DNA of 62,926 nucleotides, filler included, from Ionaspis alba (Eukaryota): NCBI GenBank assembly GCA_964255285.1. It is 11 parts of 11 records of this genome, joined end to end, with 100 filler letters (N's around TTAATTAATTAA, not from the genome) between each part and the next. Parts side by side here need not be neighbours in the genome. Positions count along the whole stretch, not along the records: positions 1 to 5,689 come from CAXUUL010000988.1; positions 5,790 to 11,457 come from CAXUUL010000989.1; 9 more parts are not named here. One strand, 5' to 3'. Shown piece by piece: positions 1 to 11,557 of this stretch (position 1 is its first letter; each line of letters starts with the position of its first letter). The notes under the pieces were generated by a model. It saw only the letters and a program-made list of their open reading frames with translations, ran no database searches and was not told where the DNA came from. The position numbers and the translations under genes were made by a program.

Positions 1-3000
1 GTATAAGGGTAGGGCAGGGTAGTGGAGGCAGGGGGGGAGGGCAAGTGGGAGTGGAGTGATTGAGGGTGCTCGTACCATGTGGTGGATTTTCGAACGGATC
101 GTGATACGAGTGGTGGTGGTCGTGATGATGTTGTTGATGATGCTGGTCATGATTAGTTGGAAACATTATCTTTAGCATTACATGGACCAGGATGGAGCTT
201 CAGGCATGCAGCGGAAATAGCCCTGGCGCACTCGGCCTGATCCTAGACTGGACTGCCGCAGATGAGGTGGGTACATCGTCTGGGAGCCGGTCATGAAGGT
301 ATGTATGTATTCTTTTGGGTTTCGGTCTGGTCTTCTTGTCCCGGCCGGTTGTATGGAAACAAAGGGCTTGGCTGTGGCAGAAGGGAAAATTGGTATTTGG
401 TGCTTGCCTTGCTCGGTGTGTGTGCTCGGAAGGTAGGGGTATCGAAGGTGGATCCGCTGCGCTGGGACGACGCAAGTTTGTGGTGGTTGTATCATGCAGT
501 GGTGGCGTCTGTGGGATTTGGCGGGGGATGGGAAGGAAGGGAGCGAGGAGCGAGTCAACAGGCACAAGCAGGCAAAGGCGCAAGCCAGGCCAGTACTCGA
601 CAGTCTGGAATCGTCCAGCACGACAGCGGCAGGATTATTGGGCGTCACAACAGCGACAGCATCATGCTGGTTCGTTTAATCGACAATTTCAATCAATATC
701 ACTGATGCGCAACAAGGAGGATGATTGCAGCGTGCCGTTGTGGACTACAACTATCCATTAGATTTCCTTCCTACCATGAGTTCCTCTATTGGATAGTTAC
801 ACCATCTCTGTATCTATCCTACACCCATGATCGTTGGCTGGTTCTCTAAAATTGTAGGGTATCATTCCTCCGTTCAATCAATTCAGTCTGAGCTGGTAAG
901 CTCAGTCGGCTGGCTAGAATCCAGTCACTGAAATGGGCCTCATGTTCTGGCGACCTTAGCCAGCAATGACGAGATGGCAAATCTGCCTTGATTCATTGGC
1001 TTAGAATTCTCAAGACAATATTCTCATCAGCTTCCACGGATCAGTGGTGGAGGCAACAATGGACTTTCCCGACTCGATAGACTAATCCTTCGACGAATGA
1101 TCTTGCTGTCCTTTCCGAGGCAAAAGCCGTGAATAATGTTGAAGGCCATGGGTACTGTCACTTCTCCCATTCTCTGGGCGTCTCGAGCATCGAACTGGTA
1201 TCCAGTTTGCGCCGCCGCCGCCGCCGCCATCTTTGACCACTGGCACCACCGTTTCGAGGCTGACGGAGTGTTTCCTGTCAGAAGAGACAAGGTTTTCGGC
1301 CATTCCCATCCCAGCCGAAGCATGGCACGAATCAGATCCGAAAGCGGCCATTTCTCTCATCAGAGTTCAGCCAGCCGGGTGCACAGAGCAGCAAATGCGA
1401 GGGTGGAGGAGGGCGGCCGATGTCTTGTGAAAGATACCATACACGCTGTAATTGCCATACAGGTGGTACTAGCAGTAAATTACTGGGGATGAGAAACAGT
1501 TTCTTCTGCTATCCTACCCTCTCTTCTCTCACGCTCTCGCGTTCTCGCTCTTTTTACACTCTCTAGAGATTTGGAAAACATGCCTGTCCGTTAATGTGCG
1601 ACGTAGGGAAAGATGTTCTGGCGCGAGATCTGGACAAGGTATCGAAGGGAGCGTGCAGCGATTGGGTGGTGGGTCGTGCTTTCTTTGGTGTTACGAATCT
1701 GCGGTGGGTGATGGCTGATTGATGGCGGCCTTTCGTCTCTCTGTGCTTCCCTCCCAGATCACTTGATGGGCCTCCCTCATCCTTGTACGCATGGCATCTC
1801 CAGGGGGGTTTGGTTGTCAAAGGGACGCTCAACCCTGGTATTGGAACCTCCCTAATCATGCACCTCGAATGCACTCTTTGACCGGCCAGAGTAATCTGGC
1901 GATGGAGGGAATCTGCCCATGCCAGCTGTGCATGAGTGTGTTACACCCACGAAATAAGTGATGATTCGATGTGATTTGTTTGGATAATTGCTTGTCTCGC
2001 TCTTTCTTTCTGCTTTGCGAATCAGATGACTACGGATAGAGACCGAGAAAGAATTCATGCATATCTCTCGACTCCGCATGCGAGACTGTTTGCAATCTTG
2101 CGTTTGATCGCCTTTCATCGTCCCAAGATCATCCATCGCTTTACTCGAAATGTCTCTCTGATCCACTATCTCGATTGATCGTCACAAAAACTAAGTGCTC
2201 GGCAATCTACAAGTGCCAAAAATTGGAAAATCCTACCGAAGAATTGCCTTCCTCAGCATCTGATTCGCAGAGTAGTGTCGCCGTTGGGTTTGGGCATTCT
2301 CGACGGTTGAGACCTTACCCGATGAGGCCTGAAGGCGAGCGGGCGACGTAAGCTGGGGCTCTGTCATAAGTCACACAAACGCACATCATCATTTCTCCAC
2401 CCCTCACCAATCTACTCCAGAGGCCGACAGGGCGTGAGTTTGTACTACTCTCCGGACCTTACGCACGTAACGCTTCCTAGGTCCAAGACGTCTCATCTCA
2501 TCGATTCCATCGGTGGCCGCTGCCTGCACGAGGCGTCGCACCGAAGATGTCCTGAATCCGACAGCATTCCCTGCACAGCTGCAGCCTTCAAGGTATCCAT
2601 CAAGCGGGTAGCATGATGAGCGGCCAGCATTCCTGGTCAGCGGAGCATTTCTCTCCTATACAATGCCCCAGTCAGCAGCTCTAGCATGTTTTGCTCATGT
2701 TCGGTACACGACGGCAACATCGGGAGGGAGGGGAGTAAAGAAAAAAGACGAAACCAGATTATGCGAACCCTGTCGACATCCTTACCCCCTTGTACGCTGT
2801 TACTCTACTACTCACCCTGTCCCCCTGACGAGATAGCTTAATGCGTACCAGTACTGGCAGTGTCTCGGACGGCAGTCAACCTTGCTGTTCCTATTCCCCA
2901 ATCCTTTACCGGGGGAGAAACCAACGAGAGCGAGAAAAGCAAAAGAGTGTCTAAGCTTTGGCACTAAGATCGGACTCACGAGCGATCAGCGATCTGGTAA

Positions 3001-5048
3001 AGAAAATGGCGCCAGCAGGGAAGAACGGTCGCTTCGATGCATGTCGTCCCACCATACTCTCTAATCTAACAGCTGCATGGAGTATCTTCCAACCCCTTCC
3101 GAAAAGCCAAAGCCAATCAATCGGCCGCTTCCCGGGCCCATGTTGTCGCCGCTACTGTGCGGTATTTCAAATAACCCAAATCACTCCTGTCAACCCTAAT
3201 AATGAATCCACCATAGACAGGATGAAGGAGCCTCCACCATCCCGAGAATCTGCCAGGCTTGCAGCGCCCACATCTTCCAATTCTGGTCCTCGGGTCCATT
3301 TCTGGCTGTCATTTTTCTCAACCATGATCCTGAAAAGGGGTGGGGGAGAAGTTCTTTCATCAACGACTAGTTCCCAGATCCTGTCAAACGATATTTAGAC
3401 AGTTGCTGCTAGATTCGCAAGTTTGTTATTGTCTTGCGCGACTCGCGCACAAAGGTTGTCTGGGCTATTTTGGGAAAGACTCTTTGACAGAAATATTACC
3501 GGGACGTTGCTAAGGATGACCTAGGCGGTGCGACCGTTGTGATCTGTGTAGTGATGATGTTGATGATGATGCTGCTTGAGCAAGGCCCATGTTCCCCCTC
3601 TGTCTCTTGCTAGGCCGACTTCATCGGCCAATGATCCGATGTCCACGAGACATCTCTAACTTGATACACCACGTCTCGTCGATCACACTTTGACGCTGCG
3701 CTGTATAGTACATACTGCTGCATAAAGCACGTTGGATGTCAGCCAACGGGTTTGTATTTTTTCGACGTCACATCGTGCGGTTCGTTCGAACGGTAAAGCT
3801 GGTGTTTGGATATGTTTTCCCGCCGCATAACTCGGGAGGAGCCTTCTTCGGGTTCCCGTTGTCAACCCATTCCTTTCCCGCCTAGACATCCGATGCGCCA
3901 CCACCGCCGATGGTGGAGTTGCAATCATTCCTTCCACGCGCATGTCATATTGGATATGTAAGACTGCGTAATAATACTTGGCGGAGACCCCGAGATGAAA
4001 ATGGCACGGGGCTTCAACAAAGCATGAGGCATCCCTTGCATATGCTGTGCGAAATGCTGTTTGAGCGTATGAATGGACTCTTCTTTCTTTCCCCGTAAAT
4101 GTTGAAGATGACATGGTGGGAGAGATCTAGTCATGCCAATGCATATGCAGGCTCGTCTAACTTCCCCCATTCCGGTTGGCGCTGGTTCAGCAGCACCCCT
4201 GTTATTAACAGCTTTTGGCTGGGGGAAGTGGGCAAATTTGACACCAATGCACCCTGCTCTTGCGGTGGCCTGCTCCTGTTCACCAGTGGCTGGAGAGGCT
4301 TGCAATGATGGAATCCGCCGGGTCCGGATGACATGTGTTACGTGGACCACTGCTGAAGTGGCTTGTCCCAGCGATTTGGGCCAGACATCTGCAATAACGG
4401 CAGCAAGCCAGCACTATCACCAGCTCGAGAACGCCAAGATAGCCCAAACCGCTGCAAAGCTTCTTTCGGTGGACCGAATGAGAAAGCAAGCTTTCCACCC
4501 TTTCCGCAATGGAATGCCTCAATGACCGCATTGGGGAGGAGAGTGTTCCACATCGCAGTGGCCATACCAATTGTGGACGTTGCCGAGTCGGCGACTGGAA
4601 TCAGAGCTAACCCGATAGATCAATGATTCATCTCTCTTCAGCTGCGAAGTGGAAGCTGTGGACAGCGCCAACGGTCGCTAAGCCGCCACGGTAGATCGAC
4701 GAGATCCCCGACCTTAGGCGCAGGATCTCGGAGCCACATGGTCAGTCACATCATCCTCCTCGCACTGACGACCTTGCTCACAATATTGTATGTACGTACT
4801 TGGTACTCCTTGTTTGTACCCGCCCTGGTCCTGCATATTATTACAGAATATATGTGCATACATACACACAATCAGAGTGCAATCAGGTCGCTTTGCCTCG
4901 TGGTAAATCTCGATGAGATCTGTGGGGACTGCATGGATTACCGAGTCTCACCTGGACACTCTCCACGACCAAGCACCATTGCCTATCCATTTTCCTCCAA
5001 TACTTTGCGATCACCATAACAATACGAATCAGAGGCAACCCAACCAAT

Positions 5049-5088
5049 GTACATACACATACATATACATATACATACATACATACAT
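5049..5088. repeat. Imperfect (TACA)n/(TACATA)n microsatellite
   Basis: The sequence reads gtacatacacatacatatacatatacatacatacatacat. Confidence 0.85.
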
Positions 5089-5689
5089 GCGCGCAGTTCC
5101 CAAGCAAGCAGGCAAGCAAAGTACGAAGCAGATTCCAACGACGGTTGAGATTGCGCCAGCTCATAATTGGCCGAACCTGCAAACCCCTTCGGCTGGACGG
5201 TAGAGGTGACAGTGCCGTTAGCCCCAACGGTTGCCATCCACCTCCTGGTCCGGCCGCAACGACCAGGATCTCGGGCAATATCTCGGGGACCAAAAGACTT
5301 CGGCGATGTTTCGGAGCCGGGTTTGTGTCGTTGCTGCTTACCCCTTGCTAACGAACGAATCGCTGCAGCCGCATGATTGAAGGAAACGCCCTCTAACCGC
5401 ATTCAGCTGGCTTAGCGCGCCCCGGTAGACGACACCTCTTGATCCTCTCATGCTCGAGCATTCAGTCAATAATCATTTCGACATGATAGGTGTGTTTTTT
5501 GAAACCAGATCGACTGGCAAAGATTCCCTATGTCATCAGAGGCAATCTACCATCGCCGATACACCCTCCCAAATTCATCTTCCATTCCTCCTCATAATCT
5601 TGCACTTTCGCATCTTACCACCCCTCGTGTAACACCTATTGATCCCAAATTAATTGCTGGCTGGCTTGCTGCCCACCTCCCCCAGTTCC

Positions 5690-5789
5690 NNNNNNNNNNN
5701 NNNNNNNNNNNNNNNNNNNNNNNNNNNNNNNNNTTAATTAATTAANNNNNNNNNNNNNNNNNNNNNNNNNNNNNNNNNNNNNNNNNNNN
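5690..5789. other. Artificial scaffold linker N44-TTAATTAATTAA-N44 (first of ten; the others start at 11458, 17218, 22965, 28700, 34424, 40145, 45860, 51555 and 57243)
   Basis: An identical 100-nt unit with a stop-in-all-frames core recurs ten times. The segments between linkers shrink monotonically (5689, 5668, 5660, 5647, 5635, 5624, 5621, 5615, 5595, 5588, 5584 bp), and genes are cut at the linkers. Confidence 0.98.
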
Positions 5790-6420
5790 CCTCCCGATCC
5801 TTCGTCACCCCCGTCCTAACATGCCTCTCCACCAACCTCTCTCTCGCAACCTTAAAATCCACCTCCACAAACCACAACTCATCCATCAACGCCGCCGCCT
5901 CCTTCCAAGGACTCCGATTCAAACTTAGATAATTCCCCTCGAAAACAATAATCCGCGCCGTCGGCAATATCGGCACATCGTCCATTACGGGATCCTTGAG
6001 CGCATGGTCCCAGGAGGGGGCATAAAACGTCTTGGAGGATGCATTCAGCGGCTCCCGCAGGTGCTGAACGAGCGTCAGGAAGGAGGCGCCGTCGAAGGTG
6101 AAGGCGGCGCCGCGGCGGGCGTGCGCGTTGATGGGGTCTGGGAGGGCGGAGAGCTGGGCGCGGGAGAGGTGGTAGCCGTCCATGGGGATGAAGGCGGCGG
6201 TGGGGGTGGGGGAGAGAGCGTTGAGCCGTTTGGCGACGATGGCCGCGAGGGTGGTTTTGCCGGAGCCGGGGATGCCTGAGACAGCGATGAGGAGGCGTTT
6301 GTTTGGAGGTGTTTGTTGGTATTTTTCTGCGGAGAATTGTGAGTTTGAGAAGATCCTGAGGGTGGAGGAATGGGGCATACTCCAGGTCTTTTCGACCAGA
6401 CGGTTTACTTGGTCTTCCAT
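5790..6420 (-). CDS. YFH7: P-loop ATP-dependent kinase of the YFH7 / uridine-pantothenate kinase-like family; 3' partial; intron 6380-6327
   Basis: Walker A GIPGSGKTT, plus MDGYH, RRGAAFTFD and FEGNYL motifs. ATG at 6420, and a 54-nt GTATGC...CTCAC...CAG intron. Confidence 0.85.
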
Positions 6421-7319
6421 TTCTTGAGACGAGTCTTGTGTATCCTTTCTTCGGTCTAGTGAGTAAAATAGCAATGGGCAGTGTATACGACGGTCTATTT
6501 TATTTTCATACAATCATAAATCATCTGTTGCTTGCGAGGAAGAAAAAAGAAAGTTTTATAGAAGAAGAAATTTAGGCTTTCGGCCTTTTGTGCTGGCCAT
6601 GTGCTCGGTGCATGCGATGGACGGCAAAATTTGACATCGTGAAGATCGTGAGTTTCGATAATCCCTACTGGCATCGATGCCTGAGAAAAGTGGATCCTGG
6701 CACATGATTGGACCCTGGGGACCTCAGATCACAAATCCATCGCTCAGCATCGTCAGATTGATGAGTGATTGAGTTACATAGCCGCTCGTGGCGTTGAAGC
6801 TTCTCACCGCCCCTGCGTCACGAGAGCCTGGTCGACGATGTTGTTGACATAGAAGCGGTGTGTGTGGCAAGCTAGGGGAGGCCACCTAGGTGTTGGACAA
6901 TAGGACGAGCAGTCGACATGGACGACACTAGTAACTGATCATCGCTGTGCCGCAACGCCAATCGCCACATTACAGCTGTCAACGAGTGGTTTGACAGGAG
7001 ATGTGGACAACGATGCTGGCAAAAAGTGATTTGAGGCGTTGTGACGGTAGTTGCGCAAAACCTCTTTAGGAACATATAGCTGAGCATGGTACAACAATCC
7101 AACGTACGGGACAACATCTTTCTCCTCGAACTATTCTACATTTCATTACTGGAGACATTCATAACGAACCACGCATATATATGACTATATACCACTGATT
7201 GATACTCTTGTGTTTCCATGTACTATCCTGTATCTCCTATTTATTTCCTGCCTTGTATTGATATCCTTTCAGTCTACAGCTCTTTTCGCCTCCGGGCTCT
7301 ACTCAACAGTCCGCTAGCT

Positions 7320-8642
7320 TCATTCATCATCATCCTCCTCCTCCTCCACATCGCTCGCTCGAGTCTCCATCACATATCTCACCACCGTGGCCACCCTCTT
7401 CTCCTCCTCGGGTGACTTTGCATCAGGGAACTCTCCCAGACCCCCCACTGCCTCGATATTCTCCAAGCTATCTCCAAATTCCAAAGCTAGGGCTTCCACC
7501 ATACTCCTACGCGCCCATTTCCCCCGTGTCGGCCAAATTTGACCATTGAACACTTGCTCTCGGTCCTTCTCCCATCCAGGCACATCGTATCGACGCCGGC
7601 GGAACAACGACAACAATGCGTGCATGTGGAGGTAGTGTTTTCCCGGTCTTGCGGCCGTCTGAAACTGAAGCCGTCTCTTATGGAAAGTGCTGTACGGCGC
7701 GTTTGCTGGGGATAGCCTACTGTCCTTCAGTAGATCTTGAGACAGAATGACGCTAATAAACTCGTTGTCGTCCGTTGGATCGGGTATGATGACCATTCGC
7801 CCATCATAGAAGATTTTCTCGAGGATATAGTGCAGCATCAAGCCATTTCTTTCCGACCAGATCACATCGTACCCTTCGTCCAGTTTGGATCCGAACAAGT
7901 ATGCAGCGTTCGTCTCGCCGATCGAGTAGGGAACTATGTGGGCTGCTTTCATATCCCGTGGTACAAATTCCCTCCCAGAAACAGGACACCAAATCTTCGT
8001 TTGAAATTCGGGAGGCGTCCCTAGGATCTTGGAGCCTTCGGTATTGTAGGCTTTGATGAGTCTATTCCTGAATGATGTTTGATCGGCCCCTACTCTCCCA
8101 CGCTTCCTTTTGTATGATGATTCTGCGGGTTCCGGGAGATTATCGGTGATAGCCATCATATACGCTTCGCCGATTTTGACATGGCTCGGTTGACCGAGCA
8201 CGCTGTACTTTACTCGGAATCGGTTAGCGGCCAGCGCAGCCCTCTCTTTCAGCAGGATGCTGTCCGTTTGATCAAGTTCTGTTAAGGCCGTCTCGAGCTC
8301 ATTTCTTTGGTGGCCAGATGACAATCCTGTGCGCGCTTCGCGGACGATATTGCGGGCTTCATTGAGATGCGCTTCTAGATCTTCGACCAGTTCTTGTCGT
8401 TGATTAATGTACAGAGACGTTCTATCTGGCTCGTCGCCGATGGGCCCGTCTGAGGAGTCGGAGGATTTTCGAAGTCGGTCTTCGAGCTCTACGGACTCAC
8501 TGTCGGTAGTCTTGCTGATCTTTCGGATTGCTACTGGTGTCTTGAAGTCTTGTAGTGGATCGCTAAAAGCCGAATCCAAACTCTGTCGCATCTTTGAAGG
8601 TTTGCTGGTGCGGTTGCCTGCGTCTTCGGTTAATTCGGCCAT
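7320..8642 (-). CDS. Intronless HNH-endonuclease-domain protein (fungal HNH_2 / Crinkler-effector-like nuclease) with N-terminal coiled coil, 440 aa
   Basis: WCPVSG...AAHIVP...NGLMLHYILEKIFYDG motif series, followed by LQFQTAARPGKHYL. Basic NLS-like KRKRGR, helical E/L/R-rich region around aa 80-140, and an acidic C-tail. Confidence 0.8.
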   Translation of the reverse strand: MAELTEDAGNRTSKPSKMRQSLDSAFSDPLQDFKTPVAIRKISKTTDSESVELEDRLRKSSDSSDGPIGDEPDRTSLYINQRQELVEDLEAHLNEARNIVREARTGLSSGHQRNELETALTELDQTDSILLKERAALAANRFRVKYSVLGQPSHVKIGEAYMMAITDNLPEPAESSYKRKRGRVGADQTSFRNRLIKAYNTEGSKILGTPPEFQTKIWCPVSGREFVPRDMKAAHIVPYSIGETNAAYLFGSKLDEGYDVIWSERNGLMLHYILEKIFYDGRMVIIPDPTDDNEFISVILSQDLLKDSRLSPANAPYSTFHKRRLQFQTAARPGKHYLHMHALLSLFRRRRYDVPGWEKDREQVFNGQIWPTRGKWARRSMVEALALEFGDSLENIEAVGGLGEFPDAKSPEEEKRVATVVRYVMETRASDVEEEEDDDE

Positions 8643-8803
8643 GTTGTGAGGGAGTTGTGCTGTGAGAGTGGAAGAGACAGTGTTATTATGGTTAAATGAA
8701 GGATATATATAGAGAGAGATTTAGCAACCATATAATAGAGAGGTTCAGCAATCATATTGAAGTTGAAATTGAGATTTGAATCGGGCGGGCGTTGCCGAAC
8801 TCA

Positions 8804-8832
8804 ATCTCATATTGAAATATTCAATATGAGAT
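8804..8832. repeat. Perfect 13-bp inverted repeat upstream of the HNH gene
   Basis: ATCTCATATTGAA-ata-TTCAATATGAGAT. Confidence 0.9.
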
Positions 8833-9204
8833 AGAATTCCCGATTAGGCGACGTTAACCTGATTCAGCTTGCAATATTGACCTTCCACTAAAGTATGTCT
8901 CCAGCGTAGGACTTCTTCTAAAGTCACGCATGCCTCATAAACGTCGATATGGCTACAAAAAAATCATCTGATAAGCATACAAGCCTCCTGAAGAATCGCT
9001 AATCTTATCCTGCAAATTCTCATCGACAACGCAGTTTAGCATGAGAGAAATCGGTTCCTGTGGGAATAATTGTAGACGATCCTAGGGTTGACAACTCGTG
9101 AATTCACAACACTTACGTCTAGACAATGTGAAAAAAAATGTATTTCTGTAAGAGAACCCTGTACAAACATCATAATAGTGTAGTCGGACTTGTGTTCAAC
9201 CGCG

Positions 9205-10086
9205 CTACTCCTGGGGCGTTGGCACGACTTTGAATGATGTCCCAAGACAGTCAAAGGCTCCAATCATGAATCCTATAAGATATAGGAGTTGCTCACTCCT
9301 CCCTTTAATGCCAGTGTGTTGGTATATCTCATTCTCAAGCTTCTCGTTTGCCGTTCTTCCAGGTACGTCTGTCATGAACGCATCAGGAATCGTAGCCAGT
9401 CCGCTCAGTCGAGGCACGCTTAATGCGATATTCTCTTGCTCCCTTTGTCCGTTAAAAATGGCCAATACTCTGTATTCATCTGCCAGGATTCCTCCAAAGA
9501 CAAGGTATTCGTCAAGATGAATTGTTGATCGGTTTCGCACATGTAAACCACCATCGCAGTATTCTAATGTTTTGGCAACTTCGTATGCGTCGTAAACATT
9601 ACAGAGCCCTTTTGACCAGATCGCAATAATGACAACGTCTTTTTCACCATTTTCGATGAGTTTCCGTCTCCTTTTCAGTGCTCTTTCCCACTTGCTGGTG
9701 AAAGGAATGAATGGTGTATTGACTTTCTTCCACGAGAGACAATCGTCAAATGCTTGTCTCGTTATTGGTCTATTTGGGCCCCTTGCAACCATATTGAAGC
9801 CTTTGAAGGTCTCGTTATATGCAAGTGAGGTCTTATCATGGCATTCCACTCGTAGAAGGACCACCGGTGGGACTTGAAGAGGAGGGGGGAGGCGGTATGG
9901 AACGGAAGCGGGATACATCTTTCGCGCTTCTGACAGATCAATGACTACGTCTCTCAGTCGTGCAGGTATGGTTCGGGCGACCTCGTCCTGTTGAGAATCC
10001 CTAGATGAACAGAATAATCGTCGTTGGAGGTACGGTTGGTGCTGATTTCCTAATGCTGGAAGATGGCGGGGGTATGCATGACTCAT
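9205..10086 (-). CDS. Intronless uncharacterised protein with ADP-ribosyltransferase/enterotoxin-like motif order (DUF7587-like)
   Basis: Open frame of about 293 aa from the first ATG (10086). LLRV...CLSW...TPFIPFT...VVIIAI...DEYLVFGGI resembles the R...S...E pattern of fungal ART-like domains. Confidence 0.55.
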   Translation of the reverse strand: MSHAYPRHLPALGNQHQPYLQRRLFCSSRDSQQDEVARTIPARLRDVVIDLSEARKMYPASVPYRLPPPLQVPPVVLLRVECHDKTSLAYNETFKGFNMVARGPNRPITRQAFDDCLSWKKVNTPFIPFTSKWERALKRRRKLIENGEKDVVIIAIWSKGLCNVYDAYEVAKTLEYCDGGLHVRNRSTIHLDEYLVFGGILADEYRVLAIFNGQREQENIALSVPRLSGLATIPDAFMTDVPGRTANEKLENEIYQHTGIKGRSEQLLYLIGFMIGAFDCLGTSFKVVPTPQE

Positions 10087-10230
10087 GACAGGGTTCTGGG
10101 GTAGCAATCGTGGGGCAGCGTATCAATCGTATAGTAAAGATAAATTATATTAAAAGAACGGCTTTAGGTCGTGTCTGCATTGATAGCGTTTCATATGTTA
10201 GATGTTGGGCCAACCAAGAGCGTCTAATAT

Positions 10231-11457
10231 GTGGGTTCTCAAAGATGGTCAAACCTCGACAAGTTCTCCAGCCGACCTTGGTTTCAGCGTATCTGGATCA
10301 TCCAAGAAGTTGTCCTGTCATTGAAGGTCCAGGTCATGTTGCGCCGAACGTACACAATGGTCAGAGATCTGTCGGTTTGGCTCGAACACGATCGCTTACA
10401 ATCTCAAAGAATATCTTAACCATTGAAAAGGCTCCCAGAGACAGATTTTGCAATCAGGATGCATCCGCGTCAGAATGATCGAGCGCATGAAATCAGTCGA
10501 CGAGACCTTGCAAGGCCACCAACTAAGCTTGCTCAGCACCTTGGTCGAAGGCCGCGATGCCCCAACGACAAACCCAAGAGACAAAGTCTTCGGTATCATG
10601 GGTCTGACCAAAACCATCATCAACCCAGATTACCAGCAAGCACCATCCGAGGTTTACAAACAAGCCGCTCTCAAGATCCTTCCAACCGACCTCATCAGCC
10701 TCCTCTGTTACGTCGACCACGAGCAACCTTTACAAGACCGTCCATTGTGGGTTCCTGACTGGAGCACTCCCCGATAAATAATAGTCCTAGGCTACAACGG
10801 CGAAAACAGCGGCGTGTACCAAGCCGCCAAACGCGCAAAGCCAGTCTGGCATTTAGCCGACAACGACAATTCGCTAATCCCCAGGGGTGCAATCGTCAAC
10901 ACCATCACAGACTTGACCAACATCGCCCACCACACTCCGACCGATCTCACAGACCCAAATTCACTCACCAGCAACTTCGTGCTTAAAAGCCTAGAGCTAG
11001 CAACAAGCCACTGCCACTCCTCCCCTTCCCCCACCCCTCTCTTCACCGCCTTCTGGCAAACCCTCCTCGCCGGAAAAGACCACACCGGTCTCTTAAGAGC
11101 CCCCTCCGACTTCGCACCCATCTTCGCCCTCCTCCTCGACACCGCACCCGGACGCTTACCCTCGCTAACCGGCCAACCGATCTCGAAACGCAAACTTACG
11201 CTCGAAAACCTAAAAGTGCGCCGTCCGAGTCGTTTGTATCGGCAGATGCAAGTTGCGTTCGAGGCGGCAGTTAAGGGACGCAGGTTTTGTGTTACGGAGA
11301 AGGGCTTTATGGGACTTGTGCCGGGGGATGCGAGGAGGGGGGATCAAGCGTGTGTTTTTGAGGGGGGATATGTGCCGTTTTTGGTAAGAAGGGTGGAGAG
11401 TGGGGAGGGGTGGTCGTTGGGGGGGGAGTGTTTTGCACATGGGTTGATGGATGGGGA
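10231..11457 (+). pseudogene. het-6-like heterokaryon incompatibility gene, 5'-truncated and disrupted
   Basis: RPWFQRIWIIQEV, TNPRDKVFGIMGL, PDY, WVPDWS, RRFCVTEKGFMGL...GG.VPF..R...GECFAHGLMDG are HET-6 C-terminal motifs. There is a +1 frameshift near 10339 and in-frame stops at 10424 (TGA) and 10775 (TAA). The N-terminal HET motifs are absent. Confidence 0.85.
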
Positions 11458-11557
11458 NNNNNNNNNNNNNNNNNNNNNNNNNNNNNNNNNNNNNNNNNNN
11501 NTTAATTAATTAANNNNNNNNNNNNNNNNNNNNNNNNNNNNNNNNNNNNNNNNNNNN

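Noticed and set aside
10424..10777. A-to-I editing or readthrough rescuing the het stops
   Set aside because: The stops are TGA and TAA rather than the usual edited TAG. A frameshift and a 5' truncation are also present.
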